Program-made: the position numbers and the translations under genes
Shown here: piece by piece, positions 23,451-34,256 of the stretch
Layout of the letters: each line of letters opens with the position of its first letter
How positions within the stretch are numbered: the first letter of the stretch is position 1
Source: Auanema rhodensis
Lineage: Eukaryota > Animalia > Nematoda
Direction of reading: 5' to 3'
DNA: 64,000 nt
Assembly (NCBI GenBank): GCA_964057225.1
Contig: OZ059900.1
Location: 6,262,001 to 6,326,000, forward strand
Notes under the pieces: generated by a model
What the model was told of the DNA's origin: nothing
Seen by the model: the letters and a program-made list of their open reading frames with translations, nothing else
Databases searched by the model: none

Positions 23451-24250
23451 AACTAATGATCTCTTCTTTTTCTCAATTAGATTTCTTCTGTGATACATAA
23501 CTCAACAACCAGCATAGTTCTGTTCAATGATTCAACAGTCTAATTTCTAGTCTCATAACCGCATATTTTCTCTTTTCTATACTTAGAATGCTTCTTTAAG
23601 ATGCTTTATCATGAAATAAAAAATCCTATTTGATAGATTATGTGCTGCTTCTCTACTATATTTATTATATTTGTAAAATTTTGTAATTGTGTGCTGTGTG
23701 TGTGCGTGTGTGTGTGTGTGTGTGTGGTACATTAGAATTCTGTACATCTTTATATTTTCTAATATATTTATACTAAATATATCTATAGATTAGACTTTTT
23801 TATTTATTAAATAAACTTTTTTCTTCTTCTATCATGTTATTTTAATATTAATTATAAAATTATATTGGTATAAGCATCAACGGAAATGAAAATGAAATGA
23901 ATGGCAGATTTGAGCCGATAAATGCAAATGAAATCCCAAAAAATGAATGAATTGTGTTCATTTAGTTTTGTCTGGTGAAAAATGAGTTTATTAGCTGTAT
24001 GGGCGTAGTAATTCTAATTTACTCTTTTGTTTTTCTTTGTCCTTTTTCATAGCTTCTTCTAGCGTACACTTTTATTTCAAATTTTGATATTTAAGGTGAA
24101 CCATGTAGTCATGGACACGGTTCAACATTTGCAATATGATTCCTACCTTATTCTGTTTAATCCACTAGTCTTTTACTCTTTCATATAATATACATCTTCA
24201 TCAAAATACTATTATTTATTTTAATTTTTCCAATCATTTTCTTCTCGAGT
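23143..24250 (+). repeat. Left arm of 1108-bp inverted duplication (copy of 3' exons, 3' UTR and flank of the Rap GEF gene)
   Basis: Reverse complement of 26777-27884; paired end coordinates both sum to 51027, so there is no net indel. Mirrored ORFs 23146-23493(+)/27534-27881(-). Includes the (TG)n/(CA)n microsatellite pair at ~23696-23726 / ~27301-27331. Confidence 0.95.
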
Positions 24251-24535
24251 GATAAAGAGTTGCGCTTCTTACTTAAGTTCAATTTTTCAATATGAAAAAT
24301 TTTGTGAATCTATATCTATATCATCTGTAACTATATTTTAACCACTATTTATGTTTTTCCAGTCAAATTATATCATATCATATCTTTTCTTATTAGTATA
24401 AATGCAAAACGGCTCATATCACAGAAGTCTCACTTTCAAAAGTGCATTTTTTCGCCGATATATAAGGGATTTGTTAACATATTCATTTTTTTTTCATTAA
24501 GACTTATTGGTATTCTGCTTTCTTCAAGCAGTCAA

Positions 24536-24927
24536 ATGAATAATCCAAGCGCTCTTCTTGGATATTCTCGGTGCTCTTTGTGCCATAGTGTAGGTGTTTC
24601 TATCTTCAATCTTGCGTATCAAATGTTTTGATGAAACTTCAATATATTATATTTCAGACTGCTCATCTAATTCCAACCTGTACTGCTTTTCCATCTGGAG
24701 TTTCTCGCATTTTGAGATTAGCTGAATTGGAATGCTGTTTCGTTTGCTTTGCTCCTCTGGCTTGGCACCGTGATACTTACTGCTCTGCTGTCAATCTCTT
24801 CCACTGTTGTTATTGTTTGGCTAGAAACTGGAACTGTTACCATAACATATGTGTTTGTCCATTCCTCAATGAAGGTAGCTATCGTCCATCGGTTTTCATA
24901 CAACATTTCCAGCCAAACAGGCAATAA
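24536..24927 (+). CDS. Small triple zinc-knuckle protein A (BEL/Pao Gag-like Cys/His array), 2 exons
   Basis: Exon 1 24536-24589, intron 24590-24657 (GT...TTTCAG), exon 2 24658-24927: MNNPSALLGYSRCSLCHS/TAHLIPTCTAFPSGVSRILRLAELECCFVCFAPLAWHRDTYCSAVNLFHCCYCLARNWNCYHNICVCPFLNEG...*. Pattern Cx2Cx4Hx4C ... R ... CFxC..H..C ... CxYC..H..VCP. Confidence 0.8.
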
Positions 24928-26034
24928 GAGAAATGTAAACTGATCTGTAATTCTTCAATGTATTCTTCATATTTAACGTATGAAAGATAAAATTTTTCAA
25001 ATTTAATAACTATTTGTTTCTAATATTCTAATACTTATCTCAGTATCTAATTGTCTTCCAATTGTAATTATGTTTTCACCTACTGTATAGCCGTTCATTA
25101 ATTTTTAGATCATTATAACTGAATTCATATCACATATTTGAATATTTTGAATAGATCATTGAATTTAAGTAGGATTAACATATATTTAATTGTTATGGTT
25201 AGGGGGAAAATAATAAATTATTCTCTTTCAAGAATTATCGTTTAACTCTGATTAAAAGTCATCTCATATTTCTATACAAATGGCTTATCTGCTCTAAAAC
25301 AAAACGATTAAGAGCAATAGAGCCGATAATTTGTATCCAAAATCTGATGATTAGGTTGATGCTAACATGTTACAATATAGAGATGTGTTTTCTAACTGTA
25401 TCGCTATAAATCTGTTATAAATATTCATCGAAATAGTTCAAATCATACAGTATACTGTTTCAGCATTGGCTACTTCAAAAACAAATTTCAGTTTAGTATT
25501 TTCAAAAAAAAATAGATGTCACTGCGAGCTATTTATATCAATTGAAACCACATCAAATTGAATTCGTACTTTGAAAGTTTATATTTTTCAATGAAATTAT
25601 TAAAAAATGTTTTGCAATCATGAAAACTATCAAAATACTTCCAAAACCAATTTTTTTTGTAATTGAAAAAAATATAATTTAACTTTTCCTGAATCATTGA
25701 ATTCCAAACTTTTTCCTCACATCCCGGATGAAGTAGAAGTTTAATTTCCTTCCTTTATCTATACCAATGATGGATGAATAGTGAGTATGATTGGAACTAT
25801 GTTATTCACTTCTATTATCACTTAATTCAAGTTGATATAACTATTATGTTGTACTGACAATAGCAGGAATTAACTAAAAAAGTTTTCTTATCTTTCTATT
25901 TTCGTACATAACATGTGTTCTCCAATATTCAGTAATATTTAATTATTCTCAAATAGCGATACAACTTGAAACAAGAGAGCTATAAAATTATATACATATA
26001 TACAATAAAACACAAAAACTAAATAATACATATA

Positions 26035-26432
26035 TCATTGAACGGGACATCTTGCACCTGGTGGAGTAGTGGGACGGACAAAATTATCATGAACAACAAA
26101 TGGACAAACAAAACTATGATGCCTGAAATTCAAATTCCTTGTAATACAGTAGTTACAATAGAATATTTCAATAGCGTCGCAAACGCTGCCTAAGCTATGT
26201 TGAGTATTTGGTCGAAAACATATAAAACAAGAATCCAATTCAGCCAATCGTATCATTCGTTCTTCACCAGTGGGAAACGTTGTGCATCGTCCAAGAAAAT
26301 GAAAAGGCTTAATCATAACGTTCCAACATGAATTAGACAGAATTATGTACTCACACTACTACATAAGTAACATCGTGGACGACAAACAGTACGTGTTTCA
26401 GTACGAAGAGTAAGAGCTGGTTTCGCTGACAT
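26035..26432 (-). CDS. Small triple zinc-knuckle protein B (paralogue of A), 2 exons
   Basis: TTTCAG lies just upstream of ATG 26432. Exon 1 26355-26432, 47-nt intron 26308-26354 (GTGAGT...AAG), exon 2 26035-26307: MSAKPALTLRTETRTVCRPRCYLCSS/PFHFLGRCTTFPTGEERMIRLAELDSCFICFRPNTQHSLGSVCDAIEIFYCNYCITRNLNFRHHSFVCPFVVHDN...*. The intron is at the same codon position as in A. Confidence 0.82.
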
Positions 26433-26776
26433 CTCAAGCTGAAACAGTAAATAGCTTAAACACTAAGCTGAGCAACCAGTAATTTACAAACAGTTGTTTG
26501 TTGAAATTGGTTACTGCTAAGGGGGTAGATACAATTTTCATGCAGCTGACATTAAAAGGATGAACGGGTTAAAATCTTGAGGCGGAGTCAAACGATGTAT
26601 GAGGTGGTTAGTAGATTGTGACTGAATGATGTAGTAAGGATGGAAATGAACATGTACATTTGAGAAGAATAGCAAAAATCATGAAAAAACATAGGAAAAG
26701 GTATAATATGCCATATGAATAATGTAATTGTTGGCTATCATATTGACAGATGTTCTCATGAAGAAAACATAATATT

Positions 26777-27884
26777 ACTCGAGAAGAAAATGATTGGAAA
26801 AATTAAAATAAATAATAGTATTTTGATGAAGATGTATATTATATGAAAGAGTAAAAGACTAGTGGATTAAACAGAATAAGGTAGGAATCATATTGCAAAT
26901 GTTGAACCGTGTCCATGACTACATGGTTCACCTTAAATATCAAAATTTGAAATAAAAGTGTACGCTAGAAGAAGCTATGAAAAAGGACAAAGAAAAACAA
27001 AAGAGTAAATTAGAATTACTACGCCCATACAGCTAATAAACTCATTTTTCACCAGACAAAACTAAATGAACACAATTCATTCATTTTTTGGGATTTCATT
27101 TGCATTTATCGGCTCAAATCTGCCATTCATTTCATTTTCATTTCCGTTGATGCTTATACCAATATAATTTTATAATTAATATTAAAATAACATGATAGAA
27201 GAAGAAAAAAGTTTATTTAATAAATAAAAAAGTCTAATCTATAGATATATTTAGTATAAATATATTAGAAAATATAAAGATGTACAGAATTCTAATGTAC
27301 CACACACACACACACACACACGCACACACACAGCACACAATTACAAAATTTTACAAATATAATAAATATAGTAGAGAAGCAGCACATAATCTATCAAATA
27401 GGATTTTTTATTTCATGATAAAGCATCTTAAAGAAGCATTCTAAGTATAGAAAAGAGAAAATATGCGGTTATGAGACTAGAAATTAGACTGTTGAATCAT
27501 TGAACAGAACTATGCTGGTTGTTGAGTTATGTATCACAGAAGAAATCTAATTGAGAAAAAGAAGAGATCATTAGTTTCAGTATTGTCTACGGGCTGTTGC
27601 TGGCTTGATTTTGTGAGAAAGATCCCACACTTCATCTTCGGGCAAATGTTCTTCAAATTTACGGAAAAAGCGAAGAACATTGTCATCAGGTTTAACATCG
27701 TAACGCCTGAAAAAAGGTTGTTTCTCTGGTTCATGAATATATATATTCCAACAAACCATTTACGTAGTTTCAACATGGCTGTCATTATAGCATATTGACG
27801 CCAGCGCTTAATGAAGTTGATCATTTCTGTTCGACCTTCACATCTATCAGGTGGAATGAAATGAGTATTCCCAACATTCAAAAA
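26777..27884 (-). repeat. Right arm of 1108-bp inverted duplication (native 3' end of the GEF gene)
   Basis: Reverse complement of 23143-24250. Confidence 0.95.
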
Positions 27885-30800
27885 AGTTAAATCTTGAAGA
27901 ACGATCCCCCTTAAATAAAAATCTTGCTAAAATATTGTTGCAACTTTTTTACATGTAAGGAACAGATGGAGGAGGTGCTTTTGCTAAAACCTCCCGATAT
28001 TTTTTGTACGATCCTGCGGTATCCATGATCTCAACTTGCTCCTAAATGTCTGGATATTTTGAAAAATTGTAAGCAACTTCTCCTACTTGTAGATTAGAAT
28101 TGATATTGTTGGCCCATTCCAAACGTGACAATGGACTTGAAGATAGAGCGGATAAAACAGCAAACAATGAACTGAAGTTTCCCAACTTCAGTAAATGCTT
28201 AAAATTTAGTTAGATATTCATTAAATAGACAACCCGTGATTCACAAACCTTCGAAATGCGTAAGAACTTTGTGAACAATTTTTCGCGTTCTTTTTGATTT
28301 GCAGCTAAGATTATAATTGTTCGAATCCAAAAGGAAAACTGGAAAACTTTCTTATAAATTTAATAAGTTATTTATCGCATACTTTATTAAAATGAGCTGT
28401 AAACGCTGTGATGTTCGGGCAGCGCTCAGGTTTTTGCTCCTCGGACCAAACGATCAACTCGGCAATCTCGATGCGTTGGAATAGTTGCGAATCAATAAGT
28501 GTCAATTGACTGGCAAAAACGGATGATTTGATGTCATAAATTGTTTGTTCGCGTTTTAATTGAAAGAAACCCGGAGGCTTAGGTCCAGGATACAGCGAAA
28601 GCTTCGGAGCTTCTTTCTCTCTCCATTTATCCATTATTTTCATTCTAATTGTTATTATGTATTATATGCATATATGAAATATACCGTATACCTCAAAAGG
28701 CGAGCTATGATTGATTTTTCATCTATGATGAGTTGACAAACAAGTTCAGAAATCATATCCAGCATGTGGGAGTCCACCTCCAATACTGACATTTCGTCAA
28801 CAACTCGGATTATCATGCCAGCAGTGTGATTAGCAGCTACCTGGTAAGGTTGCTTCTTAATAAGAACCAATTTAGCATATCTGTAATTACACGCGCTTGT
28901 TAATCTCAACATATTGGATATCTGTGATACATACCTTATAGACAATCTATTCATCAGTTCAGCAACAGTTATAAAAGTTCTGTAAGTTGAAAAGAAAGCT
29001 TCTCTGAATAGCAACGGAGCAGCACTTTGGCAAGCGTACGCAATAAGTCCATCTACTGGACCACCGTGTACCTGAAAGCAACGTTTTCTTAAAATTTTTT
29101 GAACCCATTATTTTAGTACTTCCAAAACATCATTTGCATCTCGTTGACGAAAAGAGAGATAGTCAGTAGCATCAAGACAGCACAATGCTTCTTCGTCTGG
29201 TAAGCTCAAAGGTTCCATATCCATAGTTAAAAACTAAGTTGAATGTTTGTATCTAGATATATATTCATCAAATACCTGTGGTTTTTTTGCTGAACACCAC
29301 TTTTTAGGTTGTGTAACAATTCCAGATTTTGTACTGATTAGTATGTCGGATAAATGTCCAAACAAAGGTTGGATATTCAAGCCCGCTGTAAATAGTTGTT
29401 CAAAAACATAGAATAATCATTATTATTCTTCTTTCTAGGAGGATAACAAACAATTATTACCTCCAGAAAATTCAAAATGAAGCTTTTTGCGGTATTCTTC
29501 TTCGTGATAGCTTAATATATTATTTTAAGAAAGAATTTCTCAACGTTCCAGTTTCGGATGTGAAGAAACTTACTTTAAGTTATCACTCAGTCTTAAATAG
29601 GAGAATAATGTACTTCCACACAAGTAGTCCTCGTCGTTATCAGTTTTGAACTGGAAGTTCTAAGAACGGAAAAATAAATTAAAGTGTGAGAAAATTTGAT
29701 GCATGTGATTTTCTTCATGAAAGAGATTATCTTTTCTTTTTTTTATGGAAATGATCTGGATAAAAAGAAATTTAAAAGGATGAAAGAGCAATCGTCGTGA
29801 CTATTCAAAAGGTTTTGAAATATGAAATTGAAAGAGGAAGAATATCGTATACTATTATCTCTTATTATTCCTTTTTTATTGAACCTATAATAGCTTATCA
29901 TAGATTTTGATTCTCATAGTTTATGCTCATTTATCTAGGGAAAATGAAAGTTTATTTCATTTTTTATCCGTATGACTAAATGAATAGCGATTTATTATAT
30001 TATATACATTATTATATTTGTATTTATCCTTTTACATATTTTAAGCTGAAAATGTATAGAATAAGTTAACTTCAATTGAATTGAACGTTACTAATCAGCA
30101 CTGATTAGGCTTCAATAAGAGCGGCAAAAGTTGGCTTATCGACAGCCAACTTGTTTAAATTCCTCATTTGTACTCCCAAGGTTTGATAATCAAAATTTCG
30201 AAAAAAATAATTTTTCATCTGTTTCTGTAGAAAAAAGTTCTTTTGTTTCGATATCTTGACATGTTTTAACAAAAGTATCTAGTCTTTATACTTTTTTCTG
30301 ACAGGAGGGGTTGTAATTAGATAATGGCTTTCTATATCTTTTCTATTTATTTCTTGTTGAAGCGCCAAATTTGCATGTATTTCTACAGTCAACGTAGAAA
30401 TGTTCGAAAATATTAAGGAAATATATTTATCTTTACATTAAGAATATATAAGATATACAAACATAAAAAGAGATAAAAAAGTCTTTCATGAAAGATAGAA
30501 GAAATCTGAAAGAGTTATTCTGCTCAATCAGGCCTTTTCTACCATGACAACCCGCCCATTCATTAAATTTCATCAACGCGGAATTGGATAATGTTTATGG
30601 GATGTAAGTGTATAATGAGTAAAAAATGCTCGTTTTTTAGAGATACTAGAGAGAAGAAATGGTTATGAAGTAGAAATGCGGATGTTGAAATGAGATATTA
30701 GAGCTGGAGATCTTGGTAAGCTCTTTTAGGAGCAATGATGTTATTGGTTTTCTTACACAGAACAATCATGATAGATTGTTTTAAAGCTAAGTAACAGCTA

Positions 30801-33800
30801 ATATAATTCACTAATATAGAGTACGGAACTAGAACACAGCTATAGGGCTTTATCTTTCACGCAGAGTTTACATCTTGACAGATACAAGTTATGAAAGAAA
30901 TAAAATAACTATGCCCCTAGACGTCGAATGACAGAAAAGTGTTCTAAATGCATATGATGTCACTAAACTCAATTAGGAGTTTAAGTGTAGAATGCTAGAT
31001 TGCTGTACAACAATTTAGCCGATCACGTAAGAAGTCAAATGTTAAAAGTTTTTTCGAGCCTTTTTGCATACGATAGAATAATAAAGCCTTCTTTTTGCAA
31101 AAACAGATCATTTCCATATAGGCAAAGTATTGTTTAAACAGTTATACATACCTGAATATTTTCTGTTGCATGTCGACTGGGTGCAGTACTATGTCCTAAA
31201 GCCAAGTTTTCTGATTTTACAATACTTTTTTCTTCATAAGTACCACTTCCTTTACGATCCAACAATTGCCCAGCCTATGTACATATGTCAGCCAAATTCT
31301 TTTTTAGTATTCATATAAGTTCATGATATTCTTAGTTATTTTTGAAACTATTCAAAATTTATCAATAACAATTTTTCAGTTTGTTAGCTGTTCGTATTTT
31401 TAAATTTTGAGGCTTTTTCAGCAATTTAATTTTTTATATCTAATTGTTCGATAATCAAACAAGACAATTAAGCTGCCGTTAATATATATCTATAATGAAC
31501 TCAATTAGACTATTATCTGTGTTAAGTCATTAAGACAGAGATTTTGTTAAAGAAAAGCTTTTAAACGCCTCTGTAATGCTTTCATTTCTATAATATAATA
31601 TAATCATTTGCAAAATGGTTTCAAAAGCTTAAAAAATGAAAATTCAAACAATTACAATAGCCAAATGTATATTTAAACCAAATTTTGTGTCAGAAAATTT
31701 TTATATCGCAATGAAATGCTCTTCTGATATAAATAATGTATGTTATAATAAAAAGAAATATGTTCGAAAATCTTTTCTTGAACTGTTTGAAAACATTTTG
31801 TTCTCAAGTTTGATTTAACAAACTTTTCTAGAGATCTATTAAAGTGTTAAATGAAAAATGCTTTTTTTCTCTTATTTTAAGCAATCTGCCATTTCTCATT
31901 TCCATTTATTCACATGAGGTAGACCACCTTTTAGATATTTACCACAATGCAATTTGCAGTACATCAATCCTGAGTATTGAGGATGTATTTAAATTCGTTT
32001 TCTCTCGTTCTGTGCTTCAAGCATGTTTAATTCACTTTCTCACCGAAAATAGAATTCGGTTCTTTACTCATTAAGTGGAATTGCTTGCTCCATATAAAAA
32101 AAAAGATTTAAATCTTCTTGAAAGAAAGATAGCTGATGCATGCATGATCGCCTGGATAAATAATTGAGGGAGTACAAAATAGAAATTCGTTTTTAAGGAA
32201 AGATGCAAGTAATTCCAACGGTTCATTGCAGAAATATATATGTTATATGTTCTATTTATATTTATCTATGAATAACATAATACGTACCTGATACGTGTCA
32301 ATCATATTAGCCTTTAATTCTGATAAATCAGTTTTAGTAGCAGCTTGTTCATGAAGAATGCGACCGTTTTTCTCCTTTTTTTGAGTTACTGATTGCATAA
32401 CTTCGCTAGTTTTCTCAAGCGTGCGCTGCTTGGTAGATTGACCTAGATAAGATTTAAAATAAAATGAAATATACAGATGTTTAATGTTGACAAGCATACC
32501 TGGTGATATAGATGATTCAATCGGACCTATAGCGCCAAACACTGGTTTCGAAAACTTTCTGAATGTTTAATATTTTGTTTCACAGTTCTATCGGGGATGT
32601 CGATACCTCTTGAACGCTGGTAGAGAAAATGGTGATTCTGTTTCTTCGTCATCTTCATCTTGATCAAAGAATGATGTTCCATCTGTGAACTTTTTCATAG
32701 TTGGAGTTTGACCGCCACCACGAGTCGATCTAGTAACCTGTAATTATGAAAAAGTATGAAACGTTTAAACGACACTTCAAAAATAAGTAAGTTTGATATA
32801 CATATGTGTATATCAATATGCTTCTGAGTGAAAAAAGTAAACTTCTATTCTTTTATGAATCGAAGAAATAGGATGTAAAACTTCTTGATATAAATCAAAT
32901 TTTACTTAAAGCTAAGTTACATATGAATGAACAACTTTATAAATATATGTTGAGAGAACACAAAGCTTTTTTCTTATTGCTTATAACCTAAAGCGCTATG
33001 TAAGATCAAAAATAATTTGGTGACTATCAAAAGATAGATAAGCATAACTATCAGAAGATTAACTCAATACAACAAATAGAAGTTCGCGTAGAAAATAATT
33101 TTAAGTAACTTATCTCTTTTTTTCAATGTATATTTGATTTTAACATGTTAATATTAAAAACTCACATGGCATCTGCTCTGCGAGACACTTGTTGTTGTAG
33201 TTTTTTTAGTTCGCACCTCGCGTCCATCATCAGTACGTTTGACTTCTTCTTCGACCATCTGTGAAAAATCACAAATGATGAGAAAGAAAAATTTGAATGC
33301 TAACCTTTTCTCCATGTTTTTCAGCAGTTTCCTCTTTCTTCTCTTCCATTGTTACATCATCGTCATCCGTATCTTCCTCTAACTTTGGAAACTGAGGAGC
33401 AAATTTTTCAATAGGTCTGAATTTACATCAATGGTATATCCAATACTAACATAATCATACCTGATTCTTAATTTTTCAACTAAATTCTCAATTGTGACAT
33501 CATCCGGTTGTGTTTTAGTACCGGAAAAGCCTAGAAAATCCATATCTGGTTGACAAACATTTGGAAGAAACTCAGGGGGATTGTTCGATTTTGATAAAGC
33601 ATTACGTAAAGGAGACGATGCAAGTGTCTGAAACAAAATCAACCATGTATAAACTATAGATAAAGTATATTAAATATAATAAATATATTAAATACATTTG
33701 AATCTGATGATTTACCTCTCGTAGTTCAATAATTGTGTCAACAATTTCTTTCAGAGACGAACTCTTGGAATCAATCAATAGTCGACTTGTAGTTTTAATT

Positions 33801-34256
33801 AGTCGTACAATGAGAACCTGAAAGTATTCTCATATTAATAAATCAGATTTATTCTCTTTGAATTATCCGTATAATTTAATTTTTGTTTCATGCTTTAAGA
33901 GTATGCTGAAACAAAAAAAATTGAAAAGGTTTTTATATAGTATTATATATCATGTGTAAGATATCTTGAGAACACTGAACTATCAAAAAAACATGAAAAA
34001 ATAATTTTTTCAATTTTCTCTTGGATAACTCACCTGAACAGGTTTATGGGTAAGATCATAATGTTGTTCTAATGCTTCTAGAACCGCAGTTGTACTATCT
34101 TAATAATAACAATTATTCAATATAAAAATAAATGAAGTTGCTCTAAGTATCATTAGAATAGCATTTGAACATACTAATGATATGATCTGATGATCCAATT
34201 GAACAGACTTGTTGAAGATAGCTAAGCGATACTTCAACTTCCCGCACAATACTCAT
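27577..34256 (-). CDS. RAPGEF1: C3G/RAPGEF1-type Rap guanine nucleotide exchange factor (REM + CDC25/RasGEF domains), ~20 exons
   Basis: REM motif VHGGPVDGLIAYA...FREAFFSTYRTFIT. CDC25 domain FASQLTLIDSQLFQRIE...PNITAFTAHFN, LGNFSSLFAVLSALSS, INFIKRWRQY. The C-terminus YDVKPDDNVLRFFRKFEEHLPEDEVWDLSHKIKP is characteristic of C3G. N-terminal MSIVREVEVSLSYLQQV...STTAVLEAL resembles the C3G N-terminal helical region. The start codon and some middle exons are tentative. Confidence 0.88.

Noticed and set aside
23229-23498. ORFs 23229-23498(-) and 27529-27798(+)
   Set aside because: These are antisense shadows of the GEF terminal exons.
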